Counted from the first letter of the stretch, positions 41,382-50,839 are shown. The stretch is 64,000 nt of DNA from Acidimicrobiales bacterium (GCA_050015475.1 JBEKBI010000010.1:11455-75454), one strand, 5' to 3'. Numbers and translations: made by a program. Notes: generated by a model from the letters alone, not told the origin.

Positions 41382-42311
41382 ATGACGCCCGACGCACACC
41401 TCGAGACCGGATCGCTCCGCTTGCCTGCCGTCGTCGTTCACGGCGGGGCAGGCGAGTTCGCGAGAGCCACCTCCCCGAAGGATGTCTCTCGCGTCTACGA
41501 CGGCATGAGCGCGGCCCTCGGGGCCGCGTGGAAAGTGCTGGTGCGGGGCGGGGCTGCCCTTGATGCGGCTGTAGAGGCCGTGGCCTGCTTGGAGGCCTCG
41601 GGGCACTTCAACGCGGGTAGGGGCGCGGTGGCGACTTCGCAGGGCACTGTCGAGACGGACTCGGCCGTCATGGACGGTGCAAGCGGGCACATCGGGGCGA
41701 TCTGCTGCGCGACGTGGCCCGACAGCCCGGTGCGGGCCGCCCGGGCGGTCCTGTCTCTTGGGGGGCCCGCGGAGGGTCCGGTCCTGCTCGCCGGACCGGG
41801 AGCGGACCGTTTCTGCGAGGAGGCGGGGCTCGTCAAAAGGGACCCGTCCCTGCTCACAGGCGCGGGAGTCGAGCCGGTCTCCAGACACGGCACCGTCGGC
41901 GCCATCGCCGTCGACACTGCCGGTCATCTGGCAGCCGCCACCTCCACTGGAGGCCGCCTCGGCCAGCTGCCCGGTCGCGTGGGCGACTCGCCGATCGCCG
42001 GGGCCGGAACGTGGGCGGATGACGAAAGCGTGGCGGTCTCGGCCACAGGGGCGGGGGAGTCCTTTGTGGTAGCTGGATTCGCCCATCTGATCGCCTGGTC
42101 CGCACTGGCGGGGTCGCCGCTCGCCGAGGCGCTGGGTAAAGCGCTCGGCGCAGTCCGCTCACGAGGCGGGTGCGGGGGCGGCATCGCGCTCGATAGAAGC
42201 GGCCGTTTCGCCCTCGGCTTCGACACTCCTGGCATGGCGCGGGGATGGCAGGACGCGGCTGGGCGCACGATCCCGCCTCTGTGGGCGCGCCAATCACCTG
42301 TCGAGAGCTGA
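41382..42311 (+). CDS. Isoaspartyl peptidase / L-asparaginase (Ntn hydrolase)
   Basis: VVHGGAG ... HFNAGRGA ... GTVGAIAVD (autoprocessing Thr) ... GAGTWAD ... ATGAGE. Confidence 0.88.
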   Translation: MTPDAHLETGSLRLPAVVVHGGAGEFARATSPKDVSRVYDGMSAALGAAWKVLVRGGAALDAAVEAVACLEASGHFNAGRGAVATSQGTVETDSAVMDGASGHIGAICCATWPDSPVRAARAVLSLGGPAEGPVLLAGPGADRFCEEAGLVKRDPSLLTGAGVEPVSRHGTVGAIAVDTAGHLAAATSTGGRLGQLPGRVGDSPIAGAGTWADDESVAVSATGAGESFVVAGFAHLIAWSALAGSPLAEALGKALGAVRSRGGCGGGIALDRSGRFALGFDTPGMARGWQDAAGRTIPPLWARQSPVES

Positions 42312-42373
42312 ACGAGGGGTCAATCAGGGCTTCTGGGAGGTCGCGTCGGGGAAGAGGCCCGATGCGGCCGAGA

Positions 42374-44227
42374 TCACTCGGCCGTCTCAGCGCTTTCCGG
42401 TTGGAAAGGGTCACCCAGTGGATCCGGGGCGACGACGATTCGGTCGCGGCCCTCGGCCTTCGCCTTGTACATGGCGACGTCGGCCACGTTGACGACTTCG
42501 GCGAGAGACTCCCCGTGGCGGGGGTAGAAGGCGACGCCGATGGACACCGTCACGCGAGGGTGCGCCCGGCCCGGGGTGGGAAGCTTGCCTACGGCCTCGC
42601 GCACCGCTTCGCCGACTCTGAGCGCGCCCGTCTCGTCGGTGTCGTGCAACATCAGGAGGAATTCCTCGCCCCCGTAGCGAATGGCAGCGTCGCCTATGCG
42701 GAGCGTGGACTTGATGGAGCGTCCGACATTGCGCAGCAGCGCGTCGCCGGCCAAGTGCCCGTACTCGTCGTTGACGCGCTTGAAGTTGTCGAGGTCGATG
42801 AGCAGGATCCCCATCTCGGAGCCCTCTCGGCTGCTGAGGGCGGCTTCGCGTGCCGCCATCTCGTCCCACCACCGGTGGTTGAGCAGGCCGGTCAGGGTGT
42901 CGGTCATCGCCCGCATCTCCAGCTCGGCGTACAGCTGGGCGTTGCGCCAGGCCGCGGCCGTGATGTAGCCGAACAGTGCGCAGCGCTCGAGATCCTCCTG
43001 GCTGAACTGCGACAGGCCGTTGCGCCACATGCAGATGACCCCGAGGCGGTGGTCACCGGCGATGAGGGGGACGACCAGCAGGGATTCCTCCAGGCTCGCC
43101 TGGTCCTGGCCTGGAATGGGCACGGCCTCGGAGTGGCTTCTCGTGTCGGGGCAGTTGTACGGAGAGCCGCGGAGGAAGGCCCAACCCGTCACGCCGCGAT
43201 CGATGGAGATGTCCATCTCCTCGATGCCGCGTATCGCCTCGCCTTCGAGCACGCGGGGCCAGAACCGGTATCGCTCCCAGTCGGCCTCGAAGATGGCGAA
43301 GTTGTCCGCCCGCACGGCACGAGGCAAATGCTCGGCGGTGACCTCGAGAATCCGGGCGGGATCATGCTCGGCCTGCATCTTCCGAGCGGCCTCTCCCAAG
43401 GACCAGGAGAACTCCTGAGCGCCCATCGGGAGATCCCCGCTGGTAGGGAGTTTCGCGATGACGGCCGGGGCGTCGAGCGCCCCGCCCGTCGCGGTGAGCA
43501 CGCGCACTTCTTGCTGGCGGAACCACGTCGAAGCGACCACCTCGTCGCCTGGCTCGGCCACCGACGCGGCAAGGACAACTGGCGCGCCGAGATGTGGCCC
43601 CGTGCCGAGCCGCACACTGAGTGAGGTCATGGCCTTGGCACCGGCGTCGTCCGCGATGCCGGTCGAGACGACGTGGGCACTCAGGCGCCCGCAGTAGGCG
43701 AGAAGGCCGGCGAGCTCTGCGCGGGCCCTGACGCCGCTCGAGACGTAGTCGATGAAGGTCAAGTCCAAGAACACGAACCGCGGGAAAAGTTGCCCGACCA
43801 CACCGCGGCGGAGAACACCGGGGGCGACGTCACTCAGCGCGACCTTGAAACCGCGCTCACGCAGTTCGACGACCCTTCTTTCGACGAGTATCGGGTCGTC
43901 GAGCGCTGCCGCCTCGGCTATGAGCCAGGTGATCTCTCCCGGCGTCACACCGATCTCGTCCGCTACCTCGAGTGGGTCAAAGCAGTCGTCACAGAGCAGC
44001 TCGACCGCAAGTGGCACAAACAACAGCGCTGGGCTCGTGTACTGGATGGCGGAAAGCGCCCCGCGGACGAATTCGGCGTTGCCGTGGCTCGCGGATCCTC
44101 GCGGCAGCGCCTCGTAGCCGAAGACGGTCCGGTCCTGGAGGTCCATCACGGCTTGGAGCGCGATGGCAGAGGAGAGGCGGAACGACCGGTCTCCCGACTC
44201 GCCGCCTTCAGGGCTGACAGCGCTCAC
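42374..44227 (-). CDS. c-di-GMP signalling protein: degenerate EAL - GAF - GGDEF
   Basis: N-terminal EAL-like domain (GYEALPR) lacking most catalytic residues, a central GAF-like region, and C-terminal GGDEF with intact GGEEF and RIGD exactly 5 residues upstream (RxxD I-site). Confidence 0.85.
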   Translation of the reverse strand: MSAVSPEGGESGDRSFRLSSAIALQAVMDLQDRTVFGYEALPRGSASHGNAEFVRGALSAIQYTSPALLFVPLAVELLCDDCFDPLEVADEIGVTPGEITWLIAEAAALDDPILVERRVVELRERGFKVALSDVAPGVLRRGVVGQLFPRFVFLDLTFIDYVSSGVRARAELAGLLAYCGRLSAHVVSTGIADDAGAKAMTSLSVRLGTGPHLGAPVVLAASVAEPGDEVVASTWFRQQEVRVLTATGGALDAPAVIAKLPTSGDLPMGAQEFSWSLGEAARKMQAEHDPARILEVTAEHLPRAVRADNFAIFEADWERYRFWPRVLEGEAIRGIEEMDISIDRGVTGWAFLRGSPYNCPDTRSHSEAVPIPGQDQASLEESLLVVPLIAGDHRLGVICMWRNGLSQFSQEDLERCALFGYITAAAWRNAQLYAELEMRAMTDTLTGLLNHRWWDEMAAREAALSSREGSEMGILLIDLDNFKRVNDEYGHLAGDALLRNVGRSIKSTLRIGDAAIRYGGEEFLLMLHDTDETGALRVGEAVREAVGKLPTPGRAHPRVTVSIGVAFYPRHGESLAEVVNVADVAMYKAKAEGRDRIVVAPDPLGDPFQPESAETAE

Positions 44228-44706
44228 GACCCAAACTCTAGAACCATCTGGACCCCGGGGTGGCTACCGCTGGCGCGACCGACACAACCGCGCCGATTCG
44301 TCCCTTGGGACGGGAGGCGAGTTCGCCGGCCAGACACCTGGAGTGGCGAGCGTGCGGGTCGGAATCCGCGATACGGCCGGCCTGCTGGGTGCTCATAAGG
44401 GGGATCGCTCAGGTCCTCGGTCAACCCTGCTTCGGCCCGCGCCGCGGGACGTGGCCAGGTCGGAGCGCGTGCGGCGCGCACTCCTGTCGCAGCAGAGGCG
44501 CGACATGCCGGTTCTCATCCACACCCTCGGGCGGCGCCGCGTCCTAGTCTGGGGTCGCTCGACCGGCTTTGGCTGCATCGGTGCCGTCAAAGAGGGAAGG
44601 TCAGGCAGGCGGTTCGCACCTGAGCGGTTCCCGCCTGCCTCGAGGATTTCGGGTCGTCCAGGTACGAGACGACCCTCGCCGAAAGTGAGGGGCAGAAAGG
44701 CGGACC

Positions 44707-45732
44707 TTGGTCTCGGACGCGTGGGTCGTAGCAGGTCTCGACAACGGCGCCACCTCCAACAGCGCGACGGTGCTCGGTTCCGAAGGCCGCTTCCTGATCG
44801 ACCACCTGGTGGAGAGCCCAAGTTGCGTGCAGGACGGACCGGACGCCGCCGTCGAAGCGCTAGCGAGGTCCCTCGCAAATGTGCTCGACCTCGCTGGCGC
44901 GTCGATGGCCTTGGTGCGCGCCGTGGGCCTCGGAACGCCAGGTCCTGCCAGTCCGGACGGAGTGCTCTCCTCGAAGGGCGCGATCAACTTCTCGGCGGCG
45001 CCCTGGCATGGGTTCGACTTCAGGGCGGCGCTCGAACGCCGTCTCGGCGTTGCTGTCGTGTACAACAACGACGCCAACGCGGCCGCTTTGTACGCCCACC
45101 ACGTCCATTTCGGCGACGCTACCGCCTCGCGGTCCTCGGTCTCGGCCATCGTCGGCACGGGTCTCGGGGGAGGAGTGATCCACGCAGGCCGTGTCATCAA
45201 GGGCGCGGCCGGGATGGCGGGCGAGCTCGGGCATGTTCACATACCGATGCAGGGCCTCTTGGCCGAGGGCCAGCCGGTGCCGCAGTGCAACTGCGGTTTC
45301 GAAGGCGACGCCGAGAGCGTCGCCTCCTTGACGGGGATCGAGAGGAACCTGCTCCCGTATTGGCTGACGCGCTTTCCAGGTCATGAGCTTGCGAGCCTCG
45401 GATCCATGGGGGAGGCTGCCAAGCAGGTCCGCGACTTGGCGGATCGCGGCGACCCGATGGCTCTTTCGATCCTCGGCCAGCAGGCCATGGCTCTCGGCCG
45501 ACTCTTTACGATCGCGAGCAACTTCCTGGACCCGGACGCGTATTTCATAGGCGGCGGCGTCGTGGAGGCGTCGCCGCGCTTTGGGGACTGGTTCCTCGCC
45601 AAGGTCCGCGAGAACACATCGCTTCGGGACGAGCAACGAGGCATGGTCACCTTCGCGGTCATCCCGGACCGGGACATGGCTGGCGCCCGAGGTACGGCTC
45701 TCGCCGCCCTCGCCGCAGTAAGTCCCTTCTAG
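44707..45732 (+). CDS. ROK family sugar kinase (glucokinase-like)
   Basis: GLDNGAT ... VGLGTPGP ... IVGTGLGGGVI ... GMAGELGHV ... CNCG zinc motif. The start is an apparent TTG and is uncertain. Confidence 0.88.
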   Translation: MVSDAWVVAGLDNGATSNSATVLGSEGRFLIDHLVESPSCVQDGPDAAVEALARSLANVLDLAGASMALVRAVGLGTPGPASPDGVLSSKGAINFSAAPWHGFDFRAALERRLGVAVVYNNDANAAALYAHHVHFGDATASRSSVSAIVGTGLGGGVIHAGRVIKGAAGMAGELGHVHIPMQGLLAEGQPVPQCNCGFEGDAESVASLTGIERNLLPYWLTRFPGHELASLGSMGEAAKQVRDLADRGDPMALSILGQQAMALGRLFTIASNFLDPDAYFIGGGVVEASPRFGDWFLAKVRENTSLRDEQRGMVTFAVIPDRDMAGARGTALAALAAVSPF

Positions 45733-45840
45733 CTGCCGCGAAGCGCGTTCCGACCATGAGGGATCGCCGCCGAGCGCTCGAGCCGCGTCTGGCGAACGGG
45801 GACTTTCCCGCGACGGTACGTGTTACTCGCGACCCATCGG

Positions 45841-46206
45841 TCAGGTCGGAAAAACGAGCGTGCCCTTGGGTGTGAGCCACGTCATGGCCTCGACCTCCAG
45901 TACGCCGGCGCGCACGGCCGGATCCATCTCCGCCAGCCCGCGAGCCTCCTCGAGCGAGCCAACCTGGTACACGGAGACACCGCGCCACCTCTCGTCAGGC
46001 TGGTCTTCGAGCGGCCCGGCGACCTTCATGTGGCCGGCCTCCTGCATGGCGAACAAATAGCCGAGGTGCTGAGCCTGCAAACGGTCGGCGGTTTCCTCGT
46101 CGATACCGGGCTGGTGCCGACCACGACAGAGCACGACGAGTTGGAACGTGTCGAACTCTGCCGGGGGTTGAGCCATGAGCGGCGCGTCGGGGCCTTGCGC
46201 GGTCAT
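45841..46206 (-). CDS. YciI-like (YCII-related) protein
   Basis: 121 aa with FQLVVLCRG ... HLGYLFAMQEAGHMKVAGPL ... LAEMDPAVRAGVLEVE. ATGA overlap with the upstream gene. Confidence 0.7.
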   Translation of the reverse strand: MTAQGPDAPLMAQPPAEFDTFQLVVLCRGRHQPGIDEETADRLQAQHLGYLFAMQEAGHMKVAGPLEDQPDERWRGVSVYQVGSLEEARGLAEMDPAVRAGVLEVEAMTWLTPKGTLVFPT

Positions 46207-46664
46207 GGGCGAAGTGCCTCCAGTTGTCGGAGGTGCATTTCGAGGTGGCGCGTGACGTTGATCTCGATCAGATCGCGGATCGCAATGGGGCCCTTCCGTA
46301 CGACGGCTCCCGAGTCCACTATCACGCAGGGCAGCATCTGGGCGCCGGTGGCGTCGTTCATGCTCGCCGATGCCTCGCCAAGACGACGAGCCGAGGCCTC
46401 GACGGCGTCGGCCAGGCCGGCAAGGCCCCCCGCACGGTCCGCGTAGGAACGGAGCCGAGTTTCGTCGACGACCTCGGTGTTGTCGTAGCTGGCACGCTCG
46501 CCGGCCACGATGCGCTCGACCGCCTCCGAGACCAGGTCGTTGTTGCAGCAAACGTGGGCCGCGACGAGTTCCGCCGGCCATCCCTCGTGGGGTGCGACGA
46601 AGCCGTCCTCCCGCAGCGCCGCTACGAAAGGCCCGTACGCGGCCTCAACGCCGGTGTGTTCCAT
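46203..46664 (-). CDS. DinB-like / mycothiol-dependent-isomerase N-terminal-domain-like protein
   Basis: 153 aa, helical. GWPAELVAAHV near the N-terminus and TRHLEMHLRQL near the C-terminus resemble the His-containing helices of DinB-fold proteins. Assignment is tentative. Confidence 0.45.
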   Translation of the reverse strand: MEHTGVEAAYGPFVAALREDGFVAPHEGWPAELVAAHVCCNNDLVSEAVERIVAGERASYDNTEVVDETRLRSYADRAGGLAGLADAVEASARRLGEASASMNDATGAQMLPCVIVDSGAVVRKGPIAIRDLIEINVTRHLEMHLRQLEALRP

Positions 46665-47774
46665 GGGACCCCCTAAAGCGCACGGAGTTGACTGGCTCGA
46701 CAGTACCGGTCTCGGCGACCAAGGTGCGCCGAAAGGGGGCGACGAGACAACGGCCGCAGCATTTCGATGTCAACTTCTCCACTGTCGCCTGAACAGTTGT
46801 CGGGCTCGTGTTCTCCCGAGCTTGGACGACGCCTGCCGCAAAGCGGCAATTGTGGGAGCATCCTTGGACCTATCGGGTGCCGATTAGTGCCTGCCGACAA
46901 GGCATTCGGCCCCCGCCCTCCTCGATCACTCCGCATCCGTCGTCGCCCGACGCCGTGAGCGGTGGGGGAGCGATGGCCCCTCCTCACACCCCTTGGCAGC
47001 GTCTCGTGGCGCCTTCGTCTGGCAGGCTGCCGGTGTGACTCAGGAGGCACCGCGGCGCACGCGCGGACCACGCAAAGCCCCCACGCCAGGTATCTGGTAT
47101 GCAGCGAAGCTCATGGATGCCATCCGCCGCGCAGTTAGCAGACGACGCGACCCCACGCGCCGCCACCGTCCAAAGCGCCATCTGCCGAGCGGCTAGGGGA
47201 AGAGATGACTGCCTAGCGGGCGAAGAGCGCGACGCTGACGCCGACAAGGTTCGTACATAACGGACATTATCGGCGGTTTGGAAATGGCCTACCTGAGACG
47301 ATCGCCCGACCGGCCACTCTTCCAACCGGGCCCTTCTCCGCTCGACTGACAGTAGATTCTCCGGCTACCGGAACCCTTGCCGCAGGATTCGTGAGCTCTG
47401 AGAGGCTTCTGGGTGCGCGTTTCCCGTGGGTCATTCCTGTGCGGCGGATGCGTGCCGGAGGGTCTTGGCTCTGAGGCAATCGGGCTGCGCATGCTCGTGA
47501 TCCCGCCTGTACGCCCTTTCGACTGGGTGATGGATATGCGGCGGCGTGAATGTGTATGCAGTGACCGTGGCTCCGCTCTCCCGGCGAGGCCGGAGGAGCG
47601 CTCGGTGCGACTCGGACCGGGGCGATGTCGGGAGATATCTCCAGTCACGAAGGCACGCCGCGCGTCCGCGGACGGCCTCGGTGTGAGGCAATACGTACAT
47701 TGTGGTTGCGCCGTCCGGTCAGGGCGGTTGGACTGGAGGCCCGCGACAACAGGACCCCTCCCCCACCATGGGCC

Positions 47775-47984
47775 TCAAACCATGTGTTGCGTCGATTCCG
47801 GAGTCCAGAACCACGCCTGGGTGGCATCGATCAGCTTCTGGGGGCGCAGCAGGATCCCCGCGTCGGTGCTCTCGGCCTCGAGGAGGTCTCCTTCCTGGAG
47901 AAGCGCAGCCCTCCGGGTGTCATCAGGGAGTGTCAACTGTCCCTTGGCTCGCAAGGTCGTTCGCGCGATGGGAGGATCATGCAC
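47775..47984 (-). CDS. AbrB/MazE/SpoVT-type antitoxin-like protein (possibly C-terminally truncated, no partner toxin)
   Basis: RAKGQLTLPDDTRRAALLQEGDLLEAESTDAGILLRPQ is a swapped-hairpin AbrB motif. The AWFWTPE motif is followed by a stop 6 codons later, whereas the relatives I recall continue for another 30 aa or so. Confidence 0.6.
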   Translation of the reverse strand: MHDPPIARTTLRAKGQLTLPDDTRRAALLQEGDLLEAESTDAGILLRPQKLIDATQAWFWTPESTQHMV

Positions 47985-48058
47985 TCCGAGACTCCAACTA
48001 TCGGATCAGCAGAGTGACGTGTTCCCGGCCACACAGCGAACCCACAGTTCCGTATGTC

Positions 48059-50512
48059 TCACGCGGCGGAGCCTGAGGACGCCCTCTCTACCACAAGTGA
48101 CCTCGATACCGAGGTCACGGCGCGGAAGTTGGTGCCGCCTTCATACCTGGCGACGAGGCTATAGCTGCCGACCGCGAGCAGATCGGGCAACAGCCGACAT
48201 GAGCCGATTCCCTTCGCGAGCGTGATCGTGCACAACACCTTGCCGGACTCGCTCACCTTGATCTCTCCGGTCATCACGGCTCCACCAAACTCCGGCCAAA
48301 CGTTGACGATCAGCCTCTCGGTGCTCTCGCTCCCATATGCGACCTTGCCGACCGAACGCTTGAGCACGACCCGGGGCGTTGCCTTCAGGACCTCAGCCGA
48401 GCTCGACGCGCTCGTCGCGCTTGCACCGAAGCTCTCGTCTCCCGGGTAGCTGGCAGTGAAGTCATAAGTGCCCACAGCAGGCTCGCGAACGAAACACTTG
48501 CCTGTCGCGGTTCCGTTCGAGCCGCTCAGCCGGGCCTCGCAGCTCCTCGTTCCGTCGCTCACCGCGACGAGCCCTGTTGGCGTAGCTGAGCCCGGGGTCG
48601 TAGTCGGACCGGTCACCTTGACGTCGATCTTGATCGCTTGTCCGACGACGGGGTGCGAAGTGACCGAGGAGATGGCGGTCGTCGTCGCGGACACCGTCGA
48701 GTTCGTGTAGGCGTCAGAGGGGCTGACTGCGAGGCAGAAACTCAGCCAAGGGCACGAAACCCCGTTCACGCTGCTCGCTCCCGCCCCGAGTGCGTCGGGC
48801 GCAGACCATGTGGCGCTGGAGTAGGTAAGGACATTCCCGTGGTTGTCGCCCGCGACGCAGAAGCTTGGCGACACACAGGACACGGAGCTCAGGCCGCCAC
48901 CAGCCGGGTCGATGGCATCGGCTCCCGACCAGGAGGTGCCGTCATAGGTGTACGTGTTGCCGCTGTAGTCTCCTGCGACACAGAAGCCTGCCGTCGGGCA
49001 GGAGACCGTCATCAGCCAGTTCACATTCTCGATGTGTTTCAGTCCCGACCAAGAGGTGCCGTTGTAAGTCACGACGTTCCCGTCGGCATCCGCGGCGACG
49101 CAAAAGCTCTTGCTGGCGCACGAGACGGAAAACACCGTGTTGTCGGGGTCCATACTTACTGCACCAGACCATGACGTGCCGTTGTACGTGAAGGCATTTC
49201 CCTCCCGGTCCACCGCCATGCAGAACTTCGTAGTCGGACACGACACTGACTGCAGCCAGGCTGCCGTATCGATGGAGTCAGGATCAGACCATGAGTTGCC
49301 GTCGTAGGTGAGAACGTTGCCGGCATAGTCGACAGCGACGCAGAAGCTCGGCGCCGGGCAAGAGACTGAGTACATACCATCCCCGTCCGGGTCGACGCTC
49401 CCCGGAGACGACCAGGAAGTCCCGTTGTACGTGAGGGCGTAGCCGTACTGGTCGACGGCCGCACAGAAGGTCGCCGTCGGACAAGAGACCGACTGCATGC
49501 TGCCTTGAGGGGTGTCGCTGCCTCCCGACGCGGACCAGGACGTCCCGTCGTAGGCGAAGGCATTACCGCTGGAATCGACGGCGAAGCAGAAGCTCACCGT
49601 TGCGCACGAGACGGACGTGAAATTGTTGCCCGAATCGATATCGTCAGGCCCCGACCACGAGCCGCCGGCGTAAGTCATGACGCCGCCAAACGAGTCCACT
49701 GCAGTGCAGAAGTCCGCCGTCGGGCAGGAGACGGACTGCAGCGAGTTCCCCATGTCGACGGGATTGGACGACCACGAACCCCCGGCGTACGTGACGACGC
49801 TGCCGAAGTCGTCTCCAGCGACGCAGAAGCTTGCGGTAGGACACGAGATAGACGTCAGGCTGCCCGCGTCGATACTTTCCGGCGTCGACCAGGAGCCGCC
49901 GGTGTAGAGCACCGCGTTACCATCGGCGTCCACTGCCGCGCAGAAGCTGGTGGTGGGACAAGACATCCCGTACGGCCCGTCACCCAGCCCGACGCTCGTG
50001 GCAGTCTCCTGCCACAACGTGCCGTTGAAGGTGTAGACGTCGGCGTTGCCGTCCATCGCTACGCAATAGCTCACCGTTACGCAGGAGACCGCGTAGAAGC
50101 CGCCGTAAGTCGAGTCGATGTAATCGGGTGTCGACCACGTACTGCCGTCATACGTCAGCACGTTGCCGCCCTCGTCCACCGCCGCGCAGAATTGGCTCGT
50201 CGGGCAGGACACTGAGGTCAGAGCGTTGCCCGGGTCGATGTTCTGGCGCGCGGCCCAGACGCTGCCGTCGTAGGTAAGGGCGGAGCCGTAGGCGTCGACC
50301 TCGGCGCAGAAATCGGCCGTTGGGCACGAGATCGATACTGGGTCGCCTCCAACAGGATCAATCACCGTGCCTTGCGACCATCCGCCGACGACGTACGCAG
50401 GCTCCGTCGCACCAGCAAGGGATGTGAACCCGGCGGCTGAAACCGTCAAGGCAAGGCAACCCAGCAGCACAGCCGCAGCGCTCCGACGAACAACGGCCAG
50501 ATTCGGCATCAT
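48059..50512 (-). CDS. Secreted repeat protein: signal peptide, 13.5 tandem ~40-aa Cys-pair repeats, two C-terminal Ig-like domains
   Basis: N-terminal signal peptide RRSAAAVLLGCLALTVSAAGFTSLAGA. Repeats follow S-V-S-C-P-T-x-x-F-C-x-A-V-D-x-x-G-N-x-x-T-Y-[DN]-G-[ST]-S-W-S. The C-terminus has two Ig-like repeats (G.V.VSDGTRSCEARL..G.ATGKC ... YPGDESF, and GEIKVSESGKVLCTITLAKGIGSC ... YEGGTNF). Confidence 0.85.
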   Translation of the reverse strand: MMPNLAVVRRSAAAVLLGCLALTVSAAGFTSLAGATEPAYVVGGWSQGTVIDPVGGDPVSISCPTADFCAEVDAYGSALTYDGSVWAARQNIDPGNALTSVSCPTSQFCAAVDEGGNVLTYDGSTWSTPDYIDSTYGGFYAVSCVTVSYCVAMDGNADVYTFNGTLWQETATSVGLGDGPYGMSCPTTSFCAAVDADGNAVLYTGGSWSTPESIDAGSLTSISCPTASFCVAGDDFGSVVTYAGGSWSSNPVDMGNSLQSVSCPTADFCTAVDSFGGVMTYAGGSWSGPDDIDSGNNFTSVSCATVSFCFAVDSSGNAFAYDGTSWSASGGSDTPQGSMQSVSCPTATFCAAVDQYGYALTYNGTSWSSPGSVDPDGDGMYSVSCPAPSFCVAVDYAGNVLTYDGNSWSDPDSIDTAAWLQSVSCPTTKFCMAVDREGNAFTYNGTSWSGAVSMDPDNTVFSVSCASKSFCVAADADGNVVTYNGTSWSGLKHIENVNWLMTVSCPTAGFCVAGDYSGNTYTYDGTSWSGADAIDPAGGGLSSVSCVSPSFCVAGDNHGNVLTYSSATWSAPDALGAGASSVNGVSCPWLSFCLAVSPSDAYTNSTVSATTTAISSVTSHPVVGQAIKIDVKVTGPTTTPGSATPTGLVAVSDGTRSCEARLSGSNGTATGKCFVREPAVGTYDFTASYPGDESFGASATSASSSAEVLKATPRVVLKRSVGKVAYGSESTERLIVNVWPEFGGAVMTGEIKVSESGKVLCTITLAKGIGSCRLLPDLLAVGSYSLVARYEGGTNFRAVTSVSRSLVVERASSGSAA
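48698..50335 (-). repeat. In-frame tandem coding repeats (13 full units of 39-41 codons + 1 partial)
   Basis: Parsed by hand from residues 60-605 of the 817-aa ORF. The units are divergent at the DNA level, so they are ancient rather than recent duplications. Confidence 0.85.
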
Positions 50513-50839
50513 GTCTCCCCTTTATTGGACACTTCGACCAGCGGGCCGCAAACCGGCATTGTCGTGTGGCTCCGTCCAGCCGCCTGCCCTTTATCCTTAT
50601 CAGGCGTCCTCCCGCTGGCAGGCCAACTCTACCTGCGACGACGGTGCCCCCTGGGGTTCTCGCACGCAACTCGGTCCCTGAGAGACCAGCCAGGTTGTGC
50701 CGCCTCTCCCCCACTATCGAGGCAGATTCTGGTCACGGTGATCAGGGCTAGTGCTATGACGGTGCCCCTCGAGCCTTCGACCAGGGCAAAGCGTCATCGC
50801 GGACGTCGGTCAGCGACTCCCTGACAGGATGGTTGTCTT

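Noticed and set aside
44228-44706. 479-nt divergent spacer between the GGDEF gene and the ROK kinase, with a 10-bp hairpin (AGGCAGGCGG ... CCGCCTGCCT at 44604-44640) and an 8-bp hairpin (GGGTCGTC ... GACGACCC at 44651-44675).
   Set aside because: No known riboswitch core was recognised and no credible small ORF is present. This is probably ordinary 5' UTR structure. Noted but not promoted to a finding.
46665-47774. tmRNA, RNase P RNA or SRP RNA hidden in the gene-poor gap.
   Set aside because: I looked on both strands for GAGGAAAGTCCGG / ACAGAACCCGGCTTA (RNase P), a tRNA-like GGTTCGA(A/T)TCC T-arm plus a tag ORF ending in LAA (tmRNA), and GGAAGCAGCC (SRP). None is present.
48698-50335. Periodic ~120-nt DNA repeats that could be mistaken for a CRISPR-like or satellite array.
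   Set aside because: The periodicity is in-frame coding repeats of the 817-aa protein. The units are diverged, there are no conserved short direct repeats with unique spacers, and no cas genes.
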